Shown: in pieces, positions 39,859-54,388 of the stretch
How positions within the stretch are numbered: position 1 is the first letter of the stretch
Layout of the letters: each line of letters starts with the position of its first letter
Assembly: GCA_951406725.2 (NCBI GenBank)
Contig: OX597836.1
Coordinates: 12,710,001 to 12,774,000 of the forward strand
Direction of reading: 5' to 3'
DNA length: 64,000 bases
From: Octopus vulgaris
Taxonomy: Eukaryota
Notes under the pieces: generated by a model
What the model was told of the DNA's origin: nothing
Database searches by the model: none
The model's input: only the letters and a program-made list of their open reading frames with translations
Position numbers and translations under genes: made by a program

Positions 39859-41643
39859 AACATATATATACAAAGTATATATATAATATTATAATATATA
39901 TACACACAAACACACATTCTTATTTATACGTGTGTGTGTGTGTATACCTGCATAAATGTGTACTTACAGATATGCTGTTAAGATATGCGCACTTATTTGA
40001 ATAATTATACACACACACACTCACACATTTATTGTGGCTATATACCTCCCCAACAATCACCTTCCCTACATATATACATGAATACATACATGCATATATA
40101 TGTGTGTATATACATGCACACACATAACCAAATGAATGTATACAACCATGTAGATAGATAGATAGATAGATAGATGAAAAGATACATACATACATACATA
40201 CATACATACATGTTTATTTGTGTATAAATGACTATTTGAAGGTGTGAGCATGTATGTGTATATAAATATGTGTGTGTACATACATACATACATACATACA
40301 TACATACAGGCACAAACACACACTTATCTGTATATAAATATATATGTGTATATATATATATATATACAAACATATATGTGTGTGTGTATATATATATATA
40401 TATATGTTTATATTTGTTTGTGTATATATTCGTGTATTTATATGTATTTGATTGTGTATACATTCTTTAACTGTACGTTTCTGCATATATGATTGTATGA
40501 CAGTATGCATACATGTGTCTATGTATGTATATATGTATGCATGTGTATATGTATGTATGTATATGTATTTATGTATGTATGTATTTGTGTATGTATGTAT
40601 TTGTGTATGTATTTATATACGTGCGTTTGTGTGTATGTAGATATGTACATGTGTGTATATATATCACTGTGTGTGAATGTATGTATATATGTATGCATAT
40701 CTGCGTGTGCACATTTATTAACTATTTCTGTAAACTTTTACCGATCTAATTGATAAATGGAAACATTAAACAGATTATTTTTATAAATTAAAAAAGAACT
40801 AGAGCGTGTGTATGTGTATACATACCTCACATGTGTATAATATGTGTATATATGTGCACTTAACATATGTGCATACATGAATATGTGTTTCATATATGCA
40901 CATATATGCATACATGTGTGTATATGTATTTAATATGTGTGCATATATGCATACGTGCTTCATGTGTGTACGTATATATACATGTATTTTACATGTGTGC
41001 ATATTTGTATATACATTTAATGTGTATGTGCACATGTATTAAACGTATGTGTATATGTGTATGTGTTATATATGCATATTTGCAGAATGTGTGTGCATGC
41101 ATATAAATATATTTAGTATATGGGTGTATGTGTATATGCACTTTGTGCATACATGTGCATTTAATGTGTATGCACATACACATGTATTAAATGTATGCAT
41201 ATATGTGTATGTTATAGATGCACATGTGCATATGTGTGTGGATGCATATATGTTTTTGATGTGTGGGTGTACATGCATGTGCACTATGTGTGTGTAAACA
41301 TGCGCGTAAGCCTGGTGTGAATGCATATTCTTAAGTGTATTGAAAAGGTGAGAGTAGAAGCATGTGAGTCTATCATGCATGCGTATAGGTATATGCACTT
41401 CAATGTGTGTGTGTGTGTGTGTGTGATTATATGACTGGTTCTGCATGTTATACATGTGATGTTAATTTTAGCATTTCCAGGTGTGTGAGTGTGCACACAT
41501 GGATGCGATGTGCATCTGATATGGAGGTGCAAAATTATTTGGATATATATATGTATATATAAACATGTATATATAAATATATATATATATAAAGATATAT
41601 ATATATATATATAAACATATATCTATATAAATATAAACATAAA

Positions 41644-41677
<34 letters not shown>

Positions 41678-41924
41678 GATGCCTAATAATATATATTTGT
41701 CTGAGTGTACTTGTATTTGAGTTTGTGAGTGTTATGAGCTGTGTGTGAGCATACAATGCATTTGCGTGTGTATGTGTGTCAACACACAAGGGTGTGTGAA
41801 TATGTTTGCTTTAATCTGTACCTATTTGTGTGTGTATGTGCATTTTCTGTTTATGTGAAATACAGAAATGAGTACCGAATGCATAGTAAATGTGTGTGTG
41901 TGTGTAGATATATATGGGTATATA

Positions 41925-42040
41925 TATATGCATGTGTGTATGCATCTATATATATATATATACATGTGTGTATGCATCTATATATATATATATATACATG
42001 TGTGTATGCATCTATATATATATATACATGTGTGTATGCA

Positions 42041-42085
<45 letters not shown>

Positions 42086-42156
42086 GTGTATGCATCTATA
42101 TATATATATATATACATGTGTGTATGCATCTATATATATATATATACATGTGTGTA

Positions 42157-42199
<43 letters not shown>

Positions 42200-42276
42200 G
42201 TGTGTATGCATCTATATATATATATATACATGTGTGTATGCATCTATATATATATATATATACATGTGTGTATGCA

Positions 42277-42311
<35 letters not shown>

Positions 42312-42425
42312 GTGTGTATGCATCTATATATATATATATATATGTGTATGCATCTATATATATATATATACATTGTGTATGCATCTATATATATATATAT
42401 ACATGTGTGTATGCATCTATATATT
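41925..42425. repeat. Minisatellite catgtgtgtatgcatc(ta)n
   Basis: Directly visible. Confidence 0.9.
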
Positions 42426-42806
42426 TATATATATGCTTACATAGAGTGATATTCATATACCTATACACATGTATGTTTAAATATATATTTGTAAATATAT
42501 CATATTTATATATCTACATATGTATGTTCATATATATATATAAAATGAATATACATATATATATATAGCATATATGAGTGCTTGCACACACACACACACA
42601 TGCATACACACGCACACATGTGTATATATAGGCAGTGACATTACATATCTGAGTGAAGCAGGAAATATGGACAAAACAAGACAAATATGTAAAGATGGAA
42701 AATATGAAATGTCTAATTTACACTTGTGAGTTTCTTGTTAGGAAATAGAGAATATATACAACTGAACAACACATGCGTATATGAGCGCAAATGTGTGGAT
42801 GTATAT

Positions 42807-42837
<31 letters not shown>

Positions 42838-42861
42838 CATCTTAATTGATGATGATGATTA

Positions 42862-42896
<35 letters not shown>

Positions 42897-42945
42897 ATGT
42901 ATATATATATATATAAACACATATGTTTGTATGTAAGCATACGTT

Positions 42946-42991
<46 letters not shown>

Positions 42992-43299
42992 TTTATTTGC
43001 TTACAGATACACAAATGCATGTACATATACATAAGTTTACACAAACATACATACATTATATAAATGAATGAAAATATATATATGCATATATACACGTATG
43101 TATATATATATGTATATATAGTAAAAACCGATAAGATTATTAGTTCCAATAGTTTCAATTTATACCACAGAATGTATACTAAGGACATTGATTTATCTCA
43201 AGTGTGTCTTCATTGGTTGGTTATTTCTGTTGGCATGGTAACTGGCAGATGACTTATGATTGGTATTTCAGTCCTTCATCTCACTTATTCTATCTCTCC

Positions 43300-43361
43300 C
43301 CATTTATCTATCCATCTTCTCATCTATCTGTCTATCTATCTATCTATCTCCCCATCCATCC

Positions 43362-43397
<36 letters not shown>

Positions 43398-43630
43398 CCC
43401 CATCCATCATCTATATATCTATCTATCTATCTATCTATCCATCCATCCATCCATCCATCTATCTATCTATCTCCCCATCCATCCATCCATCTATCTATCT
43501 CCCCATCCATCCATCTATCTATCTATTCATCTATCTATCTATCTATCTGTCTGTCTATCTCCCCATCCATCTATCAATTTTTCTATCTCCCCATCCATCC
43601 ATTTATCAATCTCTCCATCTATCTGTTTCT
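43300..43630. repeat. (CTAT)n/(CCAT)n tetranucleotide array
   Basis: Directly visible. Confidence 0.9.
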
Positions 43631-43761
43631 CTCTTTATCTATGTGTCTGTCTTCCTTAGTTTCTCTCAAACTCAAGCTTCTCTCTGATTGAGATATTTTA
43701 TCCATCTATCTACCTATATAGATCTATATGTCTAACCAACAATGCATCATCTGTGATGATG

Positions 43762-43794
<33 letters not shown>

Positions 43795-43798
<4 letters not shown>

Positions 43799-44011
43799 AT
43801 ATACATATCTTCCATCTATTTTCTTTCCTCCACCTCACTCTCTATTTTGTATCACATCTAAACTAACTATGACTTAACTTTCCTCTCACATCGTCTCCGA
43901 TGAAGGGATTTTATTAATTAATATCCTAGAAACAGCTGTAAGACCTTCTATCTATAAATGCTCTAATATCTATACAGCCTTGGTTTTTTATCTTATTACG
44001 CAAAAAGTTCT
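43795..44011 (+). mobile_element. PLE-like short element in (TA)n with hammerhead motif (43893-43944)
   Basis: gtct-CCGATGA-agggat...atcct-a-GAAAC-agct-GTA-agac; (TA)n on both flanks. Confidence 0.65.
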
Positions 44012-44173
44012 TATATATATATATATATATATATATAAATATAGGTACAAGCATGAGTGGCTGTGTGGTTAAGAAGGCTGCTTCCCAACCATGTGGCTGT
44101 GGGTTTGTTCCCACCATGCAGCACATTGGATGTTAAATGATGATGATGATAATGATTATATATGTATATGTAT

Positions 44174-44587
44174 AGGCGCAGGAGTGGGTGTGTGGTAAGT
44201 AGCTTGCTAACCAACGACATGGTTCCGGGTTCAGTCCCACTGCGTGGCATCTTGGTCAAGTGTTTTCTGCTATAGCCCCAGGCCGACCAATGCCTTATGA
44301 GTGGATTTGGTTGATGGAAACTGAAAGAAGCCTGTCGTATATATGTATACATATATGTGTGTGTGTATGTTTGTGTGTCTGTGTTTGTCCCCCCAACATC
44401 GCTTGACAATCGATGCTGGTGTGTCTATGTCCCCGTAACTTAGCGGTTCGGCAAAAGAGACTGATAGAATAAGTACTAGGCTTACAAAGAATAAGTTCCA
44501 GGGTCGATTTGCTCGACTAAAGGTGGTGCTCCAGCATAGCTGCAGTCAAATGACTGAAACAAGTAAAAGAGTAAAAGAGTAAAGAGT
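44174..44587 (+). mobile_element. SINE family B
   Basis: Full-length family-B structure. Confidence 0.9.
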
Positions 44588-44986
44588 ATGTATAAGGCCA
44601 GTTCTTCAGGTAGGATTAAGCACTCAGGGTAGTTCCACATAAAAGCCCCCTTGCGACACCATGTAAGAGTGCTTGTGTGGTGTCACATAAAAACACCTGT
44701 CCAGTGCCACATAAAAACGCCCAATATACTCTGTAAAGTGTTTGGCGTTATGACGGGCATCCAGCCATAGAAACTGCCAAATCAGACTGGAGTTTAGGGC
44801 AGCTCTGGTCAAACCATCCAATCCATGCCAGCATGGGCAACAGATTTATAATGAAGATAATGATGAGGATGATGCTACATATATAGGTGCAGGCGTGTTA
44901 AGAAGCTTGCTTCCCAACCACATGGCTCCATGGGGTAGCAACGTATGTTGTTGGCAACTACAGGAATCAGCTGAGAAAGCAATATC

Positions 44987-45173
44987 TATTTCTTTACTAC
45001 CCACAAGGGGCTAAACACAGAGGGGACAAACAAGGACAGACAAACGGATTAAGTCGATTATATCGACCCCAGTGCGTAACTGGTACTTATTTAATCGACC
45101 CCAAAAGGATGAAAGGCAAAGTCGACCTCGGTGGAATTTGAACTCAGAACGTAACGGCAGACGAAATTACGTT
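44987..45173 (-). mobile_element. 5'-truncated SINE A with 16-bp TSD
   Basis: TSD ctgagaaagca(a/g)tatc at 44971-44986 and 45174-45189. Confidence 0.85.
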
Positions 45174-47064
45174 CTGAGAAAGCAGTATCACCTGACTGCT
45201 CGTTGCCTTATCTGAGGTAGCAATGTCAATTGCTGGCTGCTACATTAATCAGCTGAAAGAGCAATGTCACCTGATTGCTTGCTGATTGCTAGTTACTTCT
45301 TAAGTCAACTGCGATAAAATTGCCTGATTGCTTGTTGAGTCCACTGAAGTAACAATTAAGACTGCTAAATGCTACATGAGTCAGCCGTGGAAGCAATGCC
45401 ATATGATTCATTTTTGATTCAGCTAAGATTGTAATGTTGACAGCTAATTGCTTCCCGGGTACTTCTACTGTAGCCTCAGGCTGACCAAAACCCTTGTGAG
45501 TGGATTTGGTAGATGGAAACAGAAAAAAGCCCGTATCGTGTATGTATATATATATATATATACATCATCATCATCATTTAGCGTCCGCTTTCCATTAAAA
45601 GCTGTGTTTTTAGCATAGGGAATTATATCTCTTTGACTGCTATATATATATATTAAATTTTCCTCGTATGTGTGTGTGTAATTGATAATTATCCCTAATT
45701 AATAATGTTTGTGTGTGTGTGTGTGTGTCTGTGTTTGTCCCCCACAACATCGCTTGACAACCGATGCTGGTGTGTTTACGTCCCCATAACTTAGCAGTTT
45801 AGCAAAAGAGACCAATAGAATAAGTACTAGTCTTACAAAGAATAAGTCCTGGGGGTCGATTTGCTCGACTAAAGGTAGTGCTCCAGCAGGGCCGCAGTCA
45901 AATGACTGAAACAAGTAAAAGAGTAAAAAAAAAAAAGAAAGAGTATGTATGGCCAACTACTGCTGGTCTTATGAAAAACACACAAAAAAAAATACCCTTG
46001 CCTAGACTTACCCCACAAAGAGATATTTCCTAGTTGCAGATAATCAGATTGTCTTTAAAAGAAACCAAGGACCAAAGAGTTAACCATAGCATATGTCAGA
46101 GCGTTGACAAATTACTAGTCGATTGAATTTAAGTATTTATGTAATGGTATTAAATTTTCAACTGACGAGGTATCAGTCTGTGTCCTAACAAGGATATAAC
46201 AATTTATATAAATTACGAACATGTCAAATATCAAATATCGCATTAGCCAGAAATCTTCAGGGAAATCGTTTTATTGATTTGTAATATGGTAAATGCTTCC
46301 GATAATTATTTTGATAATATCCTTTGAATAATCATGCCTACATTTGGTTTTGATGGAAAGTATATCAAACGTTTCTGTGGGGACCAAATATATGAATGGT
46401 TTTTGTTGGAAACGTCTGTCGCAATTAGCTTTAGATTATTTTAAATCGCTTTAAAACAACCAGTTTATGTAAAATAAAGAGGAATATTAATACAGAGAAA
46501 TGTTTCAGATAATTGCTTTTGAAAAACTCAAATAAAGGAGCGGTAAATTTTAGAAATATATTCCTAGTGATTGAATATTATTAATTCATATTAACCATTC
46601 CCCATCGGCCATTTATTTTTCTCCTTCCGATAGCATCCATTTTGTTTCATTTTTGTATGTATTTTCGAATCCAATTTTTATATCTTGTTAATTTATATTA
46701 ACATCTAGTCTAATTACTGCCATTAATTTCTCACTGGAACAGTGAAAAATAACATATAAAAATGTGGAAATAAAGCTATCAACTAAACTAAGAAACTTTA
46801 TACGGTTCTTGTTTTTGATAGCGAGTTCCATGAAAACTGTGCAATGTCAAAAAGCAGACGATATCCATGTGTATAATTTTATCAACATTGAACAATTGTT
46901 GTTCAAATGTTTGTCTAAAAGGGATCCAGGGAAAGTGTGAGCAGAGAAAAATAACAAAAACCCTTTCAGTGTTAAGTTTCAAGCACTGAACATGTTATTT
47001 CCTTCTGTATATGATATTCATTGACTCACTAACAAAACTAAATAACAAACCATGTTTACTGATT

Positions 47065-47224
47065 AGGCGTGCCTGTGTGGTAAGAAGCTTGCTTCCCAAC
47101 CACATGGTTCCGGGTTCAATCCCACAGCATGGCACCTTGAGCAAGTGTCTTCTTACTATAGCCTCGGGCTGACTGAAGTTTCGTAGGTAGATTTGGTTGA
47201 TGAAAACTGAAATAAGTTCATTGA

Positions 47225-47255
<31 letters not shown>

Positions 47256-47375
47256 TGCTTATGTTCCTGTAACTTAGTGGTTCAGCAAAAGAAACTGATA
47301 GAATAAGCACTAGGCTTATAAATAAAGTAAGCTCTAAGGTTAATTTGTTCTACTAAATGCCCTTCAAGATGGTGT
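47065..47375 (+). mobile_element. SINE family B, diverged
   Basis: Family-B head and body motifs. Confidence 0.75.
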
Positions 47376-47556
47376 CCCAGGGCATCCAGCCATAGAAACC
47401 AAAACAAAACAGACAACTGGGGCCTGTTGCAGCTCCCAAGCTGGTTAGCCCCTGTCAAACCATCCAACCTGTGCCAACACGAAAAACATACATTAAATGA
47501 AGAAGATGGTGTTACTTCACTCTTTGTGAGGCAAGAGTTAAAATTTCATAAATTTA

Positions 47557-47942
47557 CTAGCAGTATCGCCTGTCGTTGCTCAGGTTTGTTTCGACCCTTT
47601 AGAATTGGAATTTTTGAAAAGTAAAACTTTTGCATTATGTAGCTCTTTAAGTGAACATTTTTCTAGTTGAAATACACAGAAAAATGGTGACACGGCAGTC
47701 AAAAAATTGTAAAAAATTGGGATTTTCATAGAAAAAAAAGCACCTTTTTGATGTAAATAATTTTTGGTGTTAACATGGTCCAATTTGAATTTTTTCTTCT
47801 ACAGAAGGAAGAGCAAGCCTTCTTCTATCATACTCTCAATTTTGGTCAACTTGCACCGCAGGGTCTCGGAGGAGATAGTGTTAGTTGAAGGCTACCAAAC
47901 CTGCCATACACAGACAACTTCAGCTTTATATATAGAGAGAGA
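47557..47942 (-). mobile_element. Non-autonomous Helitron
   Basis: Same termini as 29458-29844 (ctagcagtatcgcc..gttgctcaggtttgt; tttatatatagagagaga). Confidence 0.75.
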
Positions 47943-48074
47943 TTTCGGTGTTGGATGCATTTTCTATGAAAGATTTTCTACTCTGTATAGAAGTTAACTG
48001 TAACAATCATCTAATCACTTTTGAAGCTTTATATGAAGTGTTGATGTCTTTCAACTATACTCGACAAAAAAAAC

Positions 48075-48455
48075 ATCAGCATCATCATTTAATGTCTGCT
48101 TTCCATGCTGGCATGGATTAAACGGTTTGACAGGGGCCGGCAAGGTTGGAGAGCTGCCCTAGGTTCCATGTCTGTTTTGGCATGGTCTCTACAACTGGAT
48201 GCCCTTCCTAATTCCAATCGCTTTACAGAGTAGTTTATCTTGTAGCTTTGAAATTTTTATGATATCATCATCATCATTTAACGTCCGCTTTCCATGCTGG
48301 CATGGGTTGGACGATTTGACTAAGGACTGGCGAACCAGATGGCTGCACCAGGTTCCAATCTGATCCGGCAGAGTTTCTACAGCTGGATGCCCTTCCTAAT
48401 GCCAACCACTCCGAGAGTGTAGTGGGTGCTTTTAAGTGCCACCGGCACAAAGGCT
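48075..48455 (-). mobile_element. Two RTE 3' UTR fragments
   Basis: catcatcatttaacgtcc...ctggatgcccttcctaat motifs. Confidence 0.8.
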
Positions 48456-49694
48456 AGATTGTATATATTTAGAAGGACATTGTAGGGTAGGTATAAGAAA
48501 CCAGACTTGGCCAGTTTGAACATAAAACAGGTAGAGTATACGGGCTGGGTATGACCAGATCAAATGCTAAAGGGTTAAAATGGTGCTTTGACAAAACATA
48601 GTATAATGAACTTCTGTTGGTTACAATGGCAGTGTAAAATGAACAAATGTTTTGTTAGGTTGCAGTGTTGAATTTAGAATTTCCCCATAGTCCTCTACAG
48701 AACACAACAAGGGAAACCATTGCTAATACATCCTGTCTTGCTTCTTGTATATACATACATACATATATATTTACAGAGAGACAGAGAGAAAAAGAGAGAG
48801 AGAGAGAGAGAGGAAGTCTTCTGAGTGAGTCACTGACTCAATAAATTATAGGACATTGCAACTACACATCCTTGCTGTTACAGACAGAACTTTGGCATTT
48901 ATACAAAGATAATTCCAAGAACAACATTAACACTCTTTCTTCTGATATATATGCATATATATATATATATACATATATATACATATATATATATATGTAT
49001 ATATGTATGTATATATATGTATATGTATATATATATATGTATATATGTATGTATATGTATATATGTATATATGTATATATATATATGTATCTATGTATAT
49101 ATATGTATATATACATATATATATGCATGTATATATATGAATATATATATATATACATATGAATATATGTATATATATATATATATGTATAGATATATGT
49201 ATATATATATGTATAGATATATATATATGTATAGATATATATATATATGAATATATGTATATATATATATGTATATATAAGTATATAGATGTATATATGT
49301 ATATATATATATATATATGTATGTATATATGTATGTATATATATATAACCAACACGACAATCCTCATTAGTTGCTTCTTTGCTTTCCATTAACCATGAGC
49401 AAATAATGACCGACCAAGTAATCTATAAGGACAAACATTAGAGAAACTCCGGCCGTTTGTTGCCAAGCCATCTCCATTGTATCTACTTAGAATTCGAGAT
49501 AATGTTTACTTGTAAATGCGGGGATGAGATAGACGCATTAGCTCTTTATTTAGGCTATTTAGAAGATGGCTGAGTCACAAGATGAAGGTCAGAGCCCTTG
49601 ACCTCAAGAGGGTCACCGAAATTAGTGAAGGAGTAAGTAGCCGACTCACGACATGGAAGTCAGTAGTGACTCTGAACTTGGAGAGGCCTCTGAA

Positions 49695-50350
49695 TGGAGG
49701 CACATGGCCTAGTGGTTAGAGCAGCGGTTTCGCTGTCAAGGGATCGCGGGTTCAAATCTCAGACCGGGCGATGTGTGTGTTTATGAGCGAAACACCTAAG
49801 CTCCACACAGCTCCGGCAGCAAATAAACAACTGTATTTCATAATTAAAGCAAACTGATTAACCCATTACTTCATAGCTTTTACATCCATCTCTGTGGAGG
49901 CACATGGCCTAGTGGTTAGAGCAGTGGACTCGCAGTCTAGGGATCACGAGTTCGAATCTCAGACCGTGTAATGTGTGTGTTTATGAGCGAAACACCTAAG
50001 CTCCACGCGGCTCTGGCAGCAAATAAACAACTGTATTTCATAATTAAAGCAAACTGATTAACCCATTACTTCATAACTTTTACCTCCATCTCTGTGTAGG
50101 CACATGGCCTAGTGGTTAGAGTAGTGGACTCGCGGTCAAGGGATCGCGGGTTCAAATCTCAGACCGGGCGATGTGTGTGTTTATGATCGAAACACCTAAG
50201 ATCCACGCGACTCCAGCAGAAGGTAATGGCGAACTTCTGACTCTTTCACCACAACTTTCTCTCACTCTTTCCTCCTGCATCTTGCAGCTCACCTGCAACA
50301 GACCGGCATCCCATCCAGGTTGGGAACCTATACGCCAAGGAAACCAGGAA
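49695..50350 (+). mobile_element. tRNA-derived SINE family E with 200-bp tandem triplication of the head
   Basis: Heads at 49695, 49895 and 50095 (tggcctagtggttag; gggttcaaatctc); only the third continues into a body. Confidence 0.85.
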
Positions 50351-50629
50351 ACCTTATTTTGTATATAACCTCCAACTTGTTGCTAGATCTCATTTACATC
50401 TTAGTGGACAGAAGGAATTTGAAATGGAGTATTTTGCTCAAGAACACAAGGCTCAGCCTGATCCAGACCCCAAAATCTGTCTTTTGATTTTGAAACCAGC
50501 ACTCTAACCAAAGGGCCATAAACCTTCACAAATTGTACGGATTAAATTCACTCCTGAAATATTTTACACAATGTTACAGTTGTCTGTGTATGTATGTATG
50601 TGTGTGTGTATTTGTGTGTATTTGTAAAA

Positions 50630-51645
50630 ACATCATCATCATTTAACGTCCATTTTCCATGCATGCATGAATGGGATGGTTCACAGGAGGTGGCCATGTA
50701 GAAAAACTACAGTATGCTACTGTGTCTGTTTTGGTAGGGTTCTGGATGCCCATCCTAACACCAACCATTCTGCAAAGAGCGTAATGGTTGCTTTTACGTG
50801 TCACTGGCATGGGTGCCATTTGCGTGACAGCAGTATCTGCCAGGACTGCGATTTTGCTCAGCTTGACGGCTCTTCTTCTCAAGCACAACATCATCATCGT
50901 CGTTTAACGTCCGTTCTCCATGCTAGCATGGGTTGGACGGTTCGACCGAGGTTCTGGGAAGCCAGAAGGCTGCACCAGGCTCCAGTCTAATCTGGCAATG
51001 TTTCAACATATATATATATATATATATAATTATATATATGTGATACCAGAGCCGGTGGCACGTAAGAGAGCCATCCGAATGTGGCCATAGCCAGCGCCGC
51101 CCTGACTGGCTTCCATGCTGGTGGCATGTAAAAAGCACCATCCGACCGTGGCCGTTGCCAGCTTCATCTGATCTCCGTGCCGGTGGCACGTAAAAAGCAC
51201 CATCCGATCGTGGCCATTCGCCAGCCTCGTCTGGCACCTGTGCCGGTGGCACGTAAAAAGCACCCACTACACTCACGGAGTGGTTGGCATTAGGAAGGGC
51301 ATCCAGCTGTAGAAACACTGCCAGATCAAGACTGGAGCCTGGTGCAGCCTCCTGGCTTCCCAGACCCCAGCTGAACCGTCCAACCCATGCTAGCATGGAA
51401 AACGGACGTTAAACGATGATGATGTATGTACATATAGTGTGTGTATGTGTGTCTGAATTTAGCTTGGTTTCTACGGCTGGAAGCCCTTTCTTACACCAGC
51501 CATTCCAAGGGCGTTGTGGGTACCTTTTATGTCTCTGGCTCAGGAGCTTCTATGTGGCACCTAGCTCTCCAGCTTACCAGTTCCAGTTAAGCTGTGTAAG
51601 CCATGCCAGCATGGAAACCAGACGTTAAATGGTAATGATGATGAT
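50630..51645. mobile_element. Cluster of RTE 3' UTR copies in both orientations
   Basis: Minus copies about 50630-51005, plus copy about 51040-51425 with four ~62-bp repeats. Confidence 0.85.
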
Positions 51646-51871
51646 ATATATATATACACATACATACATACATACATACTTGTGTGTGATACATGTCTAT
51701 GTATCTATATGTATATGGTGTGTGTATGTGTGTGTATACACACACACACACACACATGCATATATATATTTATATTTGCAATCTTGCCATATATATATAT
51801 ATATATATGTCTGTGTGTGTATACATACATACACACACAACATACATACACATACATACACATATACACAC

Positions 51872-51964
<93 letters not shown>

Positions 51965-52354
51965 TAAGTTAGCAACATCTCACCTGTCTTGGAAGAACTC
52001 ACCAAAGACATTGACCTCCTGGCCAGAAACTTTTCAACTTTATATCTTTCTTACTAACTTTTTGACCTTTTCCTTTACAGTTGTGTGTGTATGTGTGTGT
52101 GCGTATAAAACACATACACAGCTTTGCACACATATACACACATGCATACACAACATTTTTTTCTTTTTTTCTGTCTACTCCATACCATATGATACCAAAT
52201 ATATATGAGAAAGAACCCTATGTATATATGCATGTGTATGTGTGTATATGCATGGGTGTATAATACTCATATACATGTATATGTTTCCATGTGTATACAC
52301 GCATTACGTATGCTTATACTTATGCATATACATGTGTATGTGAACACACACACA

Positions 52355-52385
<31 letters not shown>

Positions 52386-52857
52386 ATATGTATATATATA
52401 TATATATGTATGTATGTATACATTACAAGAAAAGAGTGACAAGGAGAGAATTACACATACACACATACATACACATTCATACACACACACACACTTAGAG
52501 GAAAATAATGGAAGTACACACACACACTCACACGTGTGTGTGTGTGTGTGTGTGTGTGTATAATATATATATGTGTGTGTGTTAGACGATGATGATGATG
52601 ATATGTGTGTGTGTGTATCTTATTTAGATGTGAAAGTTTGTCGAAAATAATAATAGTCAAGCCACAGCAATTAAACGTGCGACATTGATCTACAGCAAAT
52701 CTTGTATTAATGTCCGTGGATGTCAGGTTGAAGTAAATTATGTTCTCACATAAATATGAACAAGAGGACGTTACCGTTCCTTAATTTGCCATCTTTTCAG
52801 AATTTAAAACATCTCTGACGAACTTACAAGATATTTCTGTGTACATGCATACACATG

Positions 52858-52918
<61 letters not shown>

Positions 52919-52919
52919 G

Positions 52920-52962
<43 letters not shown>

Positions 52963-52980
52963 GTATGTATGTATATATAT

Positions 52981-53029
<49 letters not shown>

Positions 53030-53187
53030 CTCTACTCTTTTACTCGTTTCAGTCATTTGATTGTGGCCATGCTGGAGCACCGCCTTTAGTCGGGCAAATC
53101 GACCCCGGGACTTATTCTTTGTAAGCCCAGTACTTATTCTATTGGTCTCTTTTGCCGAACCGCTAAGTGAACCGCTATATATGTGCG

Positions 53188-53220
<33 letters not shown>

Positions 53221-53227
53221 TTGTATA

Positions 53228-53284
<57 letters not shown>

Positions 53285-54159
53285 ATATATATGTGTGTGT
53301 GTATATATATATATGTATATATGTGTGTATATGTGTATATATGTGTGTGTATGTATATATATATGTATGTATGTATGTATATATGTGTGTGTGTGTGTGT
53401 GTGTGATTGTCACATGCTGATGATGGGTTACTACCCAGAAACCCGGGTCTGTGTGTATCAGATCAGGCTTGAGATGGGAACAATGATTTCCCTTCACAAA
53501 TACTGATCGAGTACAGACAGTGTGTCATTAGCCAGCTGGAGGAGATGTCTTCCTGTGGCTATAGGCAACAGTAGCATCGTCCTCTATGGGACAGCCACAT
53601 TTAGGTGGCAAATATACTTCACGATGTCATGCTGCTACTGTTTACATCTCACTCAAAGATTTATTATTGCTTGTTTCTCCTTTTTCGAGATCAGCGACTT
53701 ATTGTCACTGGAAAAAGCATATAATATTTTGCATCCAGAATCACCTCTCATCCCTAGCTGCTTCTTTGGCTGCTGCGGACGTGAGTTTGTTTCGCTCTAG
53801 TATTACGCTTCAAATGTTTTTGTTTTTTGTTTTTCGTTTTATTATTATTACTTTGAATTGTTGCACCTGTGAGATTTGAATGTCGGTCGTTTCGGTAACA
53901 GCAATTTTTGGTCCCGTGGAGCAGAAAATACCGTTATTTTTGAATTACATACTGTTTAATAATTTTTGTGAAAGACATATTTGGCCAAAAAAAATGAAAG
54001 TTTATGTCACTAAGCAAAAATTTTTGAAAATTTGGGTGTTCTTTGAAAGGAGCTTTGGTATCAATGATGGAATTTGACTTGGAGTCAATTCTCAATTTCC
54101 TAGGAGTGGAAAAGGGCTACAGAGAAGGCAAATCAAAGTAAAAAACAGGTTTAAAAGTT

Positions 54160-54360
54160 GTATATTTCAGAGATGAGGAATTATTTACATTATTTACATT
54201 CGACGGATATTTGTCCTCATCTTGTTTGTTGTTAACACAACGTTTCAGCTGATATACCCTCCAGCCTTCTTCAGGTGTCTTGGGGAAATTTCGAACCTGG
54301 GTTCTCATTCCTAAGGTATTTTTCAATGTTATTATTATTATTATTATTGTTCAGGTCACT
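54160..54360 (-). mobile_element. SINE family F, 5'-truncated, with hammerhead motif (54234-54279)
   Basis: Near-identical to 31125-31310 in reverse complement. Confidence 0.8.
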
Positions 54361-54388
54361 ATGCTATATGTGTGTGTGTGTGTAAATA

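Noticed and set aside
46012-46052. Minus-strand 41-nt exon candidate with GG|GTAAGT donor
   Set aside because: Isolated, unrecognisable peptide and modest acceptor; not distinguishable from chance.
46160-46195. CTGACGAG hammerhead-like half (similar at 24199, 52815 and minus 31389)
   Set aside because: No correctly placed stem II plus GAAA and stem I partner.
51177-51205. cgtgccggtggcacgtaaaaag resembles pistol ribozyme P1 plus UAAA
   Set aside because: The loop is only 3 nt, and no pseudoknot partner or P2/P3 with the cleavage site could be built.
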